Assembly (NCBI RefSeq): GCF_009914755.1
Contig: NC_060931.1
Reading direction: 5' to 3' (one strand)
Source: the human T2T-CHM13v2.0 reference genome, Homo sapiens
Length of the DNA stretch: 64,000 bases
Shown in pieces: positions 1-14,704 of the stretch. The notes below the pieces were generated by a model. That model saw nothing but the letters and a program-made list of their open reading frames with translations, ran no database searches and was not told the DNA's origin. Both the position numbers and the translations under genes were made by a program. Within the stretch, counting starts at the first letter, position 1. The number at the start of each line of letters is the position of its first letter.

Positions 1-544
1 GCAAGTCACGTGAGAAGACAATGATTGAGACAGGACCCCAAGCCACATTCCCTCAAATGTGGCCAGTTTCCGACAAACTGGGGAAAAAAAATACTATTTT
101 CTAAATTTCGTGATATAGCAGAAAAATATCCAGAATATATGCAGCAGTAGGGTAATGAACGAGGACTTCCCCTGGATGATGGACTTGGACTAATCAGATC
201 TGTATTTCATCTTTTGTTTCCTGTATTTTCGTTTCTGTTTTTGTCTTTTGTTTTTGTCTTCCCTAAAATGTCTGTATGCTACAGTATAATCAAAATGTGT
301 AAGGATATCATGCTGTTGCTGGTTCAAAGATGTGGGGAGACAGGCCTTTGTTTGCTGAGAGAGTTCACTAGTAAGTTCCTTGGGGACTATGAGCATCCCC
401 CAAAGGGCAGGCTTAGGAAATAAAAAATGGCAAATTCTTTGGGATAATAAAGGGCTGAAAAATCGAAACTGGTGAGGAGGGGGTTCAGAGTGGAGGCAGA
501 ATTTACAAGGGGCAAAGAAGCCAGAGAGGAGCTGAGTGAAGACC

Positions 545-670
545 AAAAAAAAAAAAAAAAAGAAAAAGAAAAAATCTAATAACAGGGTAGGGATTGGAGA
601 GGGTGGAAGTGCTGCATGAGGAGTGGGGGGAGTGTGTGGGTGTGTGGGTGTATTTGTGTGTGTGAGAGAG
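545..670. repeat. A-rich tract (545-573) and degenerate (GT)n microsatellite (about 630-665)
   Basis: Direct reading. Confidence 0.8.
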
Positions 671-1269
671 AAAGAACCGTTGCAGGCTGTGTGATATGAC
701 TGCCTTGCCCCAGATGGCCCCACAAATCTTCTGTAAAGAATACTGATATCATTACATGCTTGGCATGGTTGGATTTCCTGCAGAAACAAGGGGTGATTTT
801 CCATATACACATAAGTGGAAAAGGTGACCTATGGATTTAAGTATGGTTGGCAGATAGTGTATTTGACAGGATACTTGCCATTCTGCAGGTCTCTCCTTTT
901 CCTGAATTGTAAATATAGCCCAATAGATCAAGAATAGGAACCAGAATTGTCACTGATAAAGGACTATAATAATTTTTCCTATAATGTCATAATAGCCTAC
1001 TCAATTACTCAATTGAATAAAATGGACAAATACTTATGTTATTAATCCATTTAACTCCACCTCAGGTTTCTCAAAAGACATAATGATAGCTTTTAAGATG
1101 GTATCAATAATGGTAATTCCTTTTCTTCATTTATTTGCCTTTAGGGTAACTACACATAAAGCCCTAAAGTAATATGCTGAGTTATAATGCTATGATGTGG
1201 CCATCTCCATGTAAAAAAGATAGTTGCAATAAGAAGGGCCAGGGCCCCTATCACAGGCACTGGTCTTTT

Positions 1270-2240
1270 TTCTCTTCAATTACCTTTGGTGAGCTTATAC
1301 AATCTCCTGGTTCAATTATTATTGTGAAAGCTTTCCTAATCCACCAGCAGTCTCTTATCCCCCTCCATTCAGTTTGCACAGTTAGCAATATGAACTTCTT
1401 TCAATGCAAATAAATGATCATGGTTAAAACCAGTCCATGACTCTCAGTAGCTCAAACAATAAATTTAGGCCTCCTACAGTGACAGAGAAGGTTGCTCATG
1501 ATCTGGTTCTTACCAAGCTCTCTATCCACATTTTCTCACTGGGTCTCCATGTAGTACAGGTATGAAAGAGCCCACCTCCATCTCTTTTAAGAAGCTTCAG
1601 TAGCTGCTGAGGCTCCAGTCCTCATAGTTGGAGCCCCCGGACCCCATTATCCACTTTCCAGGAATGAGCAAGATGCATTGTGGTCCAGAGGCAGCTGGGC
1701 ACAAGAAAGCTGCCCGACGGGGACAGTGATGCCTTCTGTTGCATGCACTCTTGCTGGTCTCTTTCTTAATGGGATTGAACGTGAGATGGACAGAGAAAGC
1801 AGCCACTAAAGGGTGTCAGTTAACTGGCGGACACAGACACAGAGCTGAATCACCATAACATAGGTAGCCATGGAAGACTACTCTGATTGCACAAGAATTA
1901 TAATAACCAGATCCTCAGAAGGGTGCTGTTATTTTAACAGGCATCTAGTTTTCTCTGACATCCCTGAGATGATTTCCTGATGTTTAATTCCCCATGTATC
2001 ATTATAATAAACGCTAAGTATCTAAGGAAACCCTACGCATATTTTTGTTCTTGCATCCACACTCTTTGCTCTTGTCATCCGAACAAGCTGTGCTTCCTCT
2101 CACATACCTCTCTGATTCACACCTAAGGGCCTCACAGCTTGTGCCTGCAAGACCTTCTTTCCCCCTTTGCTGAAATAACTCCTACTTTCTCTTAATGACC
2201 CAGCTCAGGAGTTACCTTCTTTGTCACTCAAATTTCTTTT
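1270..2240. mobile_element. Degraded L2-like fragments (about 1270-1540 and 2050-2240) around an unassigned segment
   Basis: Pyrimidine-rich L2-type phrases such as ctcctactttctcttaatgacccagctcaggagttacct. Confidence 0.45.
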
Positions 2241-2369
2241 GTGTCTCTGTCAGCATGTGACTACTCAGAAAATACCCCAGAGACTAACTGATCATTTCGA
2301 AGAATTAGGAAGACTGAGGAATGTCCTTCCCACGGCTGCCCACAGGCAGTGATGACTTCAAGGGCGATG

Positions 2370-3150
<781 letters not shown>

Positions 3151-3985
3151 AGAGCAATGAAGGTCTCCAGTCTCCAAATGCTTTCCCAATCAGCTTGCCC
3201 TTGGAAGGTCCTGGGATGGGCGGAATGCCAGGTGTGGGTCAGGTGCCCCTGGGAAAGCCTGGGAAAAGAAGGCACTGGCAGGCAATCAGATGAAACTGAC
3301 AAATGACTGAGCGATGGCATGGAAAAGATGTGAAGACAAATTACACCTGTTTCAGAATTTGATTTGGGAAAATGACAACACATATCTGAGAAAAACTGTG
3401 TCTAGAGGAGGCAGTAGTAAATTTTTATTAATCCCATTCTACCATTTTGAGAAGTGTATTACAAGGACACCAATATGCAAAAAGAAATAAGAGAGAAGAG
3501 TAGAGATGAGTTAGGCATGGAGGCTGCTGTCACAAAAGGCTGGAAAAGGGTTAAGTCACTTAAACAGAATCCTAGAAAGATAGAAAAGTTCCCTGTCAAT
3601 TTCACTGTCTCCAAGAACAGAAATGAAGATAGAAGAGAGAAGAATAAAATGTTACATGGGAAAAGAACTGATTTCTTATGACTTTGGGGAACATAAAGAC
3701 TGCAAGTTGAGTAAACAAATTAAAGAAAAAAGATTAACCCAGTTTTGAAATATAATCAGACAAATTTGGACTTTATTTCAGAGAACCAAAATATATCTGT
3801 TATATATCTGGAGTAGCTTATCCTCACTTACCTCCCGCATTTCTCTTTTTATGAACTTTAAAAATTTTCAAAAAGTTTACTGTTTTTTTTCTTTTTGAAT
3901 CGAGAATTACCAATATTGAGAAAGAAAATCTGCTTATCAGGTGTTAATGTTTAATTAAAGGGTACATTAACTTGTGATGCATTTA

Positions 3986-4810
<825 letters not shown>

Positions 4811-5107
4811 TCTGGAAAAAATGCAATGGGAAAAAAGAGACGGGGAAATCACTTAGCCTATGGGAGAAGGATTGTGGGGCATGGAGATGGTGAGAGAAAG
4901 AGAAGAAAAAGAACTTCAGGAGGGGGATGGCTGCATGGAAAAGAGGGTGAAGGAGCTGATCCTGAAGGATGAAAGGAGGGTATGTGGTACAAGTGGTAAG
5001 ATGAGGCTGAACAGACAAGCGTTGGTTCAATTACAACAGACCTTGAATAAAGAATTTGAAGTTTATTTTGTAGAACACATACACTGACAACAGAGTGATA
5101 TCTAGGG

Positions 5108-5309
5108 AAGGAGTTGGCAAACTTTTTCTTAAAGGCCCAGACCGTAAATAATTTAGGCTGTGGTCTTTGTCTCCACTACCCAGTTCTGCCACTGTGGCGC
5201 AAAAGCAGCAATACACAATACACAAATAAGTGGGCACGGGTGAGCTGTTATAAAACTTCCCTTACAAAATAAGGTAGCTAGCCTGTAGGTTGTAGTTTGT
5301 TGACTCCTG
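5108..5309 (+). mobile_element. MER58A-like hAT DNA transposon (MITE)
   Basis: Terminal inverted repeats ggagttggcaaact ... agtttgttgactcc and typical internal sequence. Confidence 0.8.
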
Positions 5310-7142
5310 TTCCAAAGAATAACTCTGCTGACAGTTCAGAGGCAGACAGGTGAGAAATGATGGTCTAACTGAGGCAGTAAAGGTGGGAACAGTGAAAAGG
5401 AAATGGTTTTGAAAGATTTCTAGGCAACAGAATTAATAGAACTTCATGAATGATTATTTGAGGGAGGCTAGAAAAGTCAAAGATACATCAGGGTCTTCTG
5501 ACTGAGTAAATAGTGATGCTACTAATTGAGACAGTGGAACCTCAGCTAGAGGAATGAGTAAATTCTGGGAACAGAAGTACCATTTCATAAAGGATTCCCT
5601 TACTCTTTTAAAGTTGGGGAGGAGCCATGATTCAGGAGTTCCTTGGAAGAACAATGTGGCAAAGGACCAAGATTTGAGGTTCCCAAATCTAATTAAAGGG
5701 TTCTGCTTAAGATGGAGTACATGCATTCCACCCTATCTCTCCCACTGATTACAACTAAACAGCCTGGAGAGACTATATAACACAACTATTGGAGGACTCT
5801 GAAAAGTAAGAGCAGATGGACTGAGGAAAAAAACGAATACTCAAAGAATGACCATACCACAGTTAATTCTGTTTTAGTTTTTTGCCTTCCACATCTCCTG
5901 GCTTAGACTTCCCTGTTTCCTGGAACTGCAAATGGGAACAGACAGAAAAAGCTCCAAGAAAAGTCCCTTTAGTCGGAGTACTGGGTAGAAGATCCCCTGT
6001 GGGGTGAAGCGCTGTAGACATTTCTGGCCTCACTCAGTCTCAGAAACAAAGCTGCACACTGTAGGGGTGGCAGTGGGGGCAGTGGCAGTGGCAGTGGCAA
6101 TAGTGCCTTCTATCAGTTCTTTTCTTTGACTGCTTTGCCCACAGAGAGACCAACTGCAGGGAGTGCATCATGGCATGAAGAGAGAGGATCAAGCCTTGGC
6201 TATATAGCCAGAGTACTAGGAAAGGAAGTTCTTGGGAGAAAGGAAGAATGGGGAGGATCACAGAGGGGAGGGAGCTCAAGAAAGGGATACTAAATTCTGC
6301 ATATGAAGTCAGACTCATCTCCAAGGTGCACAAGTGTAGAACAAACCAATGGATCAATATAACAAGGACTTCTGTCTGTTAAAATTCAAAAAATTAATGT
6401 CTTCCTAAAGATTTTAACAGACTCCAGAGTCCTATAACATAATATTCAAAAGGTCTAGAATATAATCCAAAATTATCTGACTTTTAAAAAACTAAACAAC
6501 TCTCAAAGGGCAAAAGCAATGAAAAGATGCCAACCCCAATTTGATGCAGATGTTAGAATTATAGACAAAGACTATGAAGCAGTTATCATAACCATGCTCC
6601 ATGAAGTAAAGGTGAACATTTTTGAATAAATAAAAAGATAGACATTCTTTGCAAAGAAATTGAAGCTGTAAAAAGAAAATAACTACATGGAAATTTTAGA
6701 ACTGAATAATACAATAACAAAAATAAACGTCTCACTGGAAAGGCTCAATAGCTGAATGAAGCAACAGAAGAAAATCAGTGGACTTAACTCAATAGACATT
6801 AGTGATCTGAAAACAAAGGAAGAAGAGAAGTTGAACAAAAATGAACAGAGTTCCAGGAACCTATGGTACAACACCAAAAGGCCCAACATTCATGCCATTA
6901 CAGTCCTCAAAATGAGGAGAAGAACTGGTAGAGAAATATATTTAAGGAAATAATGCTTGGAAGCTTCCCGAATTTGGTAAAGGAAATAAATGTACAGATC
7001 CAAGAACCTCAGCAAACCCAAACAAGTTAAACTAAACAGGAAAACTATGCCCATACATATAATAATCAAACCACTGAAAACCAAAGATAAAGTCCTGAAG
7101 ACAACCAGAAAAATGTTACAAACTTCATGTAGGTGAGTAATT

Positions 7143-7439
7143 TCTTTTTATTATTTTTTGAGACAGGGTCGGGCTCTGTCTTCCAGGGTGGAGTGCAGTG
7201 GTGCAATTTTGGCTCACTGCAGCCTCTGCCTCCCAGGCTCAAGTGATCCACCTCAGCCTCCCGAGTAGCTGGGACTACAGACATGTGCCACCATGACGGG
7301 CTAATTTTTTGAATTTTTGGTGGAGACGGGGGTTTTGCCACATTTTCCACGCTGGTCTGTAACTCCTGGGCTCAAGCGATCCACCTGCCTTGGCCTCCCT
7401 AAGTGCTGGGATTACAGGCATGAGCCACCACGTCTGGCC
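7143..7439 (-). mobile_element. AluJ
   Basis: Reverse Alu dimer with T-rich tail. Confidence 0.9.
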
Positions 7440-7942
7440 TTGTACTTGAGTAATTTAAATGACTGCATATTTCTTGCTAGACACCATGAAGGTCAGAACA
7501 CAGTGGAATTATATTTTTAAAGTACAGACACAAAAGAACTGTTCACCTACAATACTGTATCCAGTAAACATATCCTTCAGGGATAAAGGTGAAATAAAGA
7601 CATTCTTAGATGAAGGAAAACTTAGAAGATTCTTCACCACTGGATCTGCTTTAAAAGAAATACTAAAACAAGATCTTCAGGCTCAACAAAAATATTATAA
7701 CAGAAGGAACCTGGGAACTTCATGAATGAAGAAAGAATAATAGAAATGGTAAACATCTGAGTAAATAAAGTATTTTTATCCTCTTAAATTCATTAAAATA
7801 GGTCTGACTATTGAAAGGCAAAAATTATGACACCATCTGATGCGACTTTCAATGTATGTAGATGTAATACATGTGGCAACTACAACATACAGTGGGGAGG
7901 ATAATGAGACCTATATAGTTGTAAAATTCCCACATTTAACTT

Positions 7943-8299
7943 TGATATGGTTTGGCTGTGTCCCCACCCAAATCTCATCTTCAATTGTAGCTGCCACAAC
8001 TCCCATATGTCATGGGAGGGACAAGGTGGGAGGTAATTGAATCATGGGGGAGGGTCTTTCCCATGCTGCTCTCATAATAGTGAATAAGTGTCACAAGATC
8101 TGATGCTTTTATAAGGGAGAGTTTCCCTACACAAACTCTCTCTTGTCTGCCGCCATGTAAGATGTGTCTTTTGCCTTTCACCATGATTGTGAGGCCTCCC
8201 CAGCCACGTGGAACTGTAAGTCAATTAAACCTCTTTTTCTTTATAAATTACCCAGTCTCAGGTATGTCTTTATCAGCAGTGTGAAAACAGACTAATACA
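7943..8299 (+). mobile_element. THE1 (ERVL-MaLR) solo LTR
   Basis: tgatatggtttggctgtgtccccacccaaatctcatc...agactaataca, TG..CA ends, 5-bp TSD AACTT (7938-7942, 8300-8304). Confidence 0.95.
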
Positions 8300-8596
8300 A
8301 ACTTGAAGTGGTAAAATCCTAACTATAAGCAGACTGTAAGAAGTTATGTATGTATTTTGTAATCCCCAGAGCAACCTCTGAAAAAGTATGCAAAGAGAAA
8401 TAGTCAAACAACCTACATGTATGTATCATGTATATGATATATATAGAATCTGCAGAAATATATATCCAATTAAAAATAAATTTTAATTTTAAAGTAGAAA
8501 TGCTTGAGTCTTTCCACTCTAATTACAAAAAGCGGAGGAATGATCATGATTAATACATCAGCTCCCTTCCCAATCTGAGCCAAAAGACAGAATTAC

Positions 8597-8690
8597 CTGT
8601 AAAGTTCTGTGCTTTGAGATGCAGATCATAGAGTTTGTGAATGTAGCGTATATACATCTCCTCCTTGTTCAGTTCAGTCTTATAGAAGTT
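8597..8690 (-). CDS. DOCK4: DOCK4 coding exon, 94 nt, phase 0>1: [31 protein letters not shown](E), around the DHR-2 start
   Basis: Acceptor ctctttttttacag|AAC, donor CAG|gtaatt; MYIRY..KL.DLH motif. Confidence 0.97.
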
Positions 8691-9095
8691 CTGTAAAAAA
8701 AGAGTACAGGTATGGATAGTTCCTCAACAATCTGGCCTACAATTATCTGCCTTTTACTCTGCTAAAGTTCCATGTCTGGAGCCAAGAGAACGGATTCATT
8801 TTTCCATGTAAATATCTCTAAAAATGAAATAAGGTGGCTCAGTGACAGTGTCAGTCATTTCCTAGCAATTACTGGATAAGTTGGTTTCTTGGGTTTTTAT
8901 CCCTGATTCACATTTCTTTACTTTTTATGATTTTTTGTTAGTTTAAATGTCAATGAACAATCAGCCTGTTCAACTAAAAAATATTAAAAATACGTAACAG
9001 ATTAATCCATTTTTTAACTTGGCCGATTGATACTCAAAGGACAGTTTCTTTCATTTTAAATTTCAAAGCTATTTTGCTCTAAAGAAAAAAGTCTC

Positions 9096-9510
<415 letters not shown>

Positions 9511-9654
9511 TTATTCTGCATTTCCTATGCGTTGGACTTCAAATGTTTCCAGTTTATGTCCAAAACATAAAGGGACAAATAAGAGATTTTATTTCAAATT
9601 ATTATTACAGAAACATGTTTATTGAAAATATTTTGTTTCCTAAGAAGTATTTAG

Positions 9655-10020
<366 letters not shown>

Positions 10021-12524
10021 CAGGCTGGCATTTTAAAGGCATACTGATAAGCATCCAAAGCTACTTCTTCACCACATTATAAAGCACATGAGTCCTCACT
10101 GAACTTATTCAACATAAAAGTGAATGTAAATGAAGTTGGATTCTAGTAAAAGCATAATGTTGTGAGTCTCCAAACAAGACATGTTTAGTGAACAAATCAT
10201 TGTGCATTATGAAATCTCTGCTGGAGACACTTGAACTACTATTACTACTTATTGTTACTGTTTTAATTGATGCTAGTTGGTGTGTGGAAGAAGGGGAAAT
10301 CGGTGATGAGGGAATAAATCTGTTGACTTGGAGGAGTGATAGGCTTTTCTAAGAGGAAAGGCCAGGAATTCTAAAAACTTTTTAAAGCTGATTAGTAGAC
10401 AGGGCTTTGGTAATAATGGACCGATCTAGCAAATGTGGCTGTTGAAATGGTACTTGGGCTTGAAGCCTGAGGATCTGCTATCAAATGTACTTTCCGCCCA
10501 TTACCTAACAGGTGTCCATTCTTCAGTCTGAGGACTCTTCTAACTTTGAGACACTGATATTAAGTCAAATGCATCATAAATTTTTTTTTCAATTTATACC
10601 ATTATCCTCCCTCTTTTATTCTTGTCTCCTGTAGATCTTGGCATTCTTTAAAAAGCTCAATAAATAATGCTATTCACGTCTCTCTTATTATAACCAAAAT
10701 CATTTTAATTAGCAAGAATTGTTGTATCATAAACACAAGTCTAACAACTCCACAGCAGGTTTTTATATGACTAAAGGATGATTTGCTCTAATAGCTTTCT
10801 GGTAAGAAGCAGCTTTGAGAACAAAACAAGCAATCACTCTAAATAAATAGTTCTCTTAAAAAAATACCTCCAGTCAGCAGATGATAATCTTCCAAATGTC
10901 TGACAAAGTGTGTGACACAAAGAACAAAACAATAATTACATTTCCTAGTATTAGTCATGTCAAATATTACTTTTTTAAAACCAATTTAACCCCGATCTTG
11001 TAAAGGATGTCACAGCTCTCCTGAAGACAATCTGGAATTGACTTTTTCAAAGAGTTAAGAGAAGTCTCTAAGAGGAAGTGAGTAAATGAAGAGAACCACA
11101 TTGCTACTAGAAAAAATCAAGAACCTTCCATGTGGAGTAGAGGCTAAAAAGATTAGCTTCAAAGTGATAGATTTGCTTCTTTAATAAGTATTCTTGTGCT
11201 AGTTTGAAATAAGTAGAGCTTTCAAAGTGTTAAAATTTTCTAGAAGGACTATTCTTGGTCAGTGCAAAGCTATCAGGATAATGTCTCAAGTGGTTAGTAA
11301 TGGGGCTACTGATTATACTATATTAAATCTCAGGTGTATTCCTACTGGGAGACTAGAGTAAATACATTAAAGGCAGAGTATTAATTCTTTCATCCAAGGA
11401 AGTGATCTCTTCTTTTATACCAATTGTGGAAATGAACATAAGGTCTATATTTATTTGCTCATCTCCAAATGGAAGGTACTTGAGAAAGAAGATGGAAGAA
11501 TGGAGAGGATTACTTTGGGGAAAGGTAAAGGCTTTGAGGTTATTTATGGGACTTTGTGCCTGGAGTTGAGGTAGAACCAGAGTTAAGAAGACAGAGAAGA
11601 CCTAAAGCTTATCAAGCACTTAGCTTTTCTCCCAACACTGACATACAAGCACGAATGTGGGAGAAACTCAGGCTGAGGGTCTTCACTGTGATGAGAGGCT
11701 GGCAAAAGCAGGTGAGAAACTGGAGAATCAACTAGGAAATTTAAGAGAGGGAATGACTATGTTCAAGTTAGAAATGAGTACTGAGAGCAGAGGTCAATGG
11801 TCTGACCCAGTGAGCGTGGGCTAATGGCCTGCAGGTTACCGTTGGGTCTAATGAAAACATTATGGAAGAAAGTGAACAAGATGTGGCCTGATAGAGGATG
11901 CTTAGGTCTCACTATTTTTAGGGACTGATATTGGAGGTGGAGATGTAACAATTAGATTAAAAATGTGGAGGAGGCAGTGGGTGTGATAAAGACGGATACC
12001 ATCATAGGCTCAGAGATGAGAAGCAGTACAGCAAGACATGAGGAAAATAGATGAAAAGACAGTCACAAGAAAGCAGAAGCCCTGAGCTTTGAAGACGAAC
12101 TGTGACAGGAGTAAACAAAGTAATACAAAACAAAACAAAACAAAAAGAAACTGATGAGCTAAGAAAAGACAAAATCAAAGTAGGGGCAAAAGAATTTCAA
12201 GGTGCAAGCAAATAGAGAACTATATGGCATGTGAGGAACTCAAATGATCAGAGTAAGGATAAGAATGACTGTGCAAGAACTTAGAATGTAATAGATGGCG
12301 AGGATTCATTTATTCTACAAAATATAAGAAAAAGAAACCATGAGATTCACAAATATAGAACTAGACTTTTCTTGTATTTTATATTTTCCTGTACTTCAGA
12401 TCTGATTGAAGGAACTTATCCAAAACATTAATTTGACTTACATTAAAATATGACAAATAAACATCTAAATGTAGGGCCACTCCTTTGCTCTGTGGTAAGA
12501 ATACCATTCTATTTAATAGTTAGT

Positions 12525-12635
12525 TATGTGACATTTTATATAAATGTTGGCTTGCCCAGGACAGCTTTGGATTAGCCTGTTATCCTTACAGAATGTTTAA
12601 TTTTACTCTCAAAAATGTCCTGCTTGGTCATCCTA
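12525..12635. mobile_element. MER94-like hAT MITE remnant
   Basis: ttgcccaggacag...ctctcaaaaatgtcc...tggtcatccta. Confidence 0.5.
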
Positions 12636-13184
12636 GTTACAAAGCAAACCTTAACAAAAGTGCTATTATGAATTCAATTTGCAAAAAAGCTAGAGTAAAA
12701 ATTAGGGTGTTAAATAGAAAACTGTCATTTGTTCACAAAAGAAGAGATCACTAATATTTATCAAAATGTGGACTGCATATCACTCTGTGAGAAAGGAAAA
12801 GAACAGAAAGAAATTGCTACACAAAGTAGAAAGACCTCTAACAGGGGATACAGTGCTTTTTGCTAGGACAGCAACAAGACTCTAGGAGGGTGAAGTAGTG
12901 CAACCGGGGAACCCAATGGCATCACTCTGGGATCCCACACGGGTCTCCTATTAGGGCTGTGGGGAATGCAGGGGATGCACCTTGTAATGTCTGGGACTGA
13001 GGATTTCCTGGACTTTAATTTAACCTGCAGCTCACTATGCTTCTCTTAAAAACACTTGTAAATTTAAAAATAACTCTTCTAAGAAACATCACATTGCAGA
13101 TTAAACACAAACAAAACATAGTATTTCTGGGAAAAAAATACAAGTATTAGGAGAAAAGGAGAAAAAGGGGAATAGTTTACTAAC

Positions 13185-13245
13185 CAGAAGGCTAACTGTG
13201 CAGCCAATCTTTTTGCCATCTACCTCTCCCATTTTCATGCAGTCC
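13185..13245 (-). CDS. DOCK4: DOCK4 coding exon, 61 nt, phase 2>0: (R)DCMKMGEVDGKKIGCTVSLL
   Basis: Acceptor gctttttgtttttag|GGA, donor CTG|gttagt. Confidence 0.96.
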
Positions 13246-13319
13246 CTAAAAACAAAAAGCAATAGTCAGAACTCAGAACTTCCTTCCTAGGGGCAAACAC
13301 AGTTTGTTCTTTTTGGGGG

Positions 13320-13356
13320 AAAAAAAGAAAGAAAGAAAGAAAAAAAAAAAAAAAGA
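13320..13356. repeat. (GAAA)n / poly-A tract, U-rich in the pre-mRNA about 75 nt upstream of the 13245 acceptor
   Basis: Direct reading. Confidence 0.85.
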
Positions 13357-14177
13357 AGCCACTTTTAGGGACCAGAGGCAATTTGCATTGCAAGCGTTCG
13401 TTCATTTAGATACATGTTCCAAGGACTGATAATCTAATCTCTAGGGAATCTGGGGAGTCAGAGACTCCTGAGCATCAGCTTCTGTTAAGAATTTCATTGC
13501 CATGTCAAGATTATGCTCCCTCTCAATGGACATGGGCTCAGGAAGTTAGAGGAGTGAAAATGTGTTATTGTACACTTCCTACAGTAGGGTGAGAAGTGGC
13601 TGGTAAGCCTGGCCATTAACAATGAGAATGAGGGTTTCATTCCTAAAATAAAACCAAACTACCATGTATTTAAGTGGGATTAACTACTTTAACAGTTTAG
13701 ATAATATAAAAATAAAAAACATAGGTCTATGGAAGGTGACACTGTGAGTTTCATCTCACCCACGTCCCCTTTTTAAGAGAATATTTAAGAGAATAGCATG
13801 ATTGTACAATTCTCCATTACATTGTTTTCACCCTAAAATGGATTGGTTCTACTGGTTCTAGGGGCTAAGTCTAAATACCAAAATAAAGATTTTTTTTTTT
13901 TTTGAGAACTCTCAGGGACTCCGAGAATCCTCTCAATTCACCAAGACTTTGAAAGAACTATCAAAAAACAAAACAAAGCAACAAAAAACAAACAAAAGCT
14001 CAAATTAACAGCTCTGAACCAGCTGGTTAGAAGTTCATTATCTTAGTATACCAGGTTCCATGGTCTGATAATCAATTGAGTGATTCACAAGAGTGGAACG
14101 TTGATTGTATTCTATTTGATTTTCTAACTGGAGTTCAGCATGAACTGGAGTTCAGAAAAACATGCGACTTGGCTTAC

Positions 14178-14273
14178 CTGTAATCTAACAACCTCTCCAT
14201 TAGACGAGTTACAGTAGCAATTAATGAAACGCCACTTTCCCGCCATGTTTCCCGCTCAATTTTCTTTAGTAGA
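14178..14273 (-). CDS. DOCK4: DOCK4 coding exon, 96 nt, phase 2>2: LLKKIERETWRESGVSLIATVTRLMERLLDY(R)
   Basis: Acceptor ttctttcttttccag|TCT, donor CAG|gtaagc; LLDYR motif. Confidence 0.97.
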
Positions 14274-14417
14274 CTGGAAAAGAAAGAACCCGGGGCATTT
14301 TCAACATTTATTTTTATCAGTCACCATGACAACCACTTTACTTTCATCAGTACCTTAAATGCCTTAGCAACCACTGCAACATCTCACAAGTAGCACAATT
14401 TGCAAACAATGTCTTAC

Positions 14418-14444
14418 CTAGGATAGGGACCAAATAGTGGAATT
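14418..14444 (-). CDS. DOCK4: DOCK4 27-nt cassette microexon, phase 2>2: (I)IPLFGPYP(S)
   Basis: tgcttcctggattag|AATTCC...CCTAG|gtaaga; LFGPYPS recalled from long DOCK4 isoforms and DOCK3; skipping keeps the frame. Confidence 0.9.
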   Translation of the reverse strand, partial: NSTIWSLS

Positions 14445-14608
14445 CTAATCCAGGAAGCATTGACAAAGCAAATTGATTTTCAGATTATCCAAGTCATAAA
14501 ATACAAACACATGCATATAATCATATTTTCAAAATATACAAGCATCTCACAGCTCAAAGACATTTTTTCCTAGCTTCTCCCTTACACTAACAGAGGCTTG
14601 CGTCTTAC

Positions 14609-14622
14609 CACATCAAATAACA
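14609..14622 (-). other. Candidate 14-nt stop-containing (poison) microexon TGTTATTTGATGTG
   Basis: Strong acceptor ctcctgtttttgctttttgcag and strong donor GTG|gtaagac 14 nt apart; gives AT|T GTT ATT TGA in the DOCK4 frame. Confidence 0.45.
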
Positions 14623-14704
14623 CTGCAAAAAGCAAAAACAGGAGTGCCTCCAAGTTTACTTTTAAGCAAGATCTTGCTTTATTCACATAAAAATATTTTC
14701 CTAC

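Larger units (their letters stand above)
5690..8420 (+). mobile_element. Old L1M 5' region and ORF1 remnant, interrupted by an Alu and a THE1 LTR
   Basis: ORF 7459..7725 (QWNYIFKV...ILYPVNISFRDKGEIKTFLDEGKLR) and ORF 6756..6953 resemble L1 ORF1p. Confidence 0.8.

Noticed and set aside
190-810. Longest ORF (206 aa, minus strand)
   Set aside because: Runs through GT-repeat, poly-A and T-rich low-complexity tracts (poly-F, HT/P runs); no recognisable domain
6061-6100. (GGCAGT)n repeat encoding CHCHC in ORF 6040..6357
   Set aside because: Simple hexamer repeat inside an old L1 5' region
7459-7725. L1 ORF1-like ORF
   Set aside because: Fragment of an ancient L1 interrupted by an Alu and a THE1 LTR
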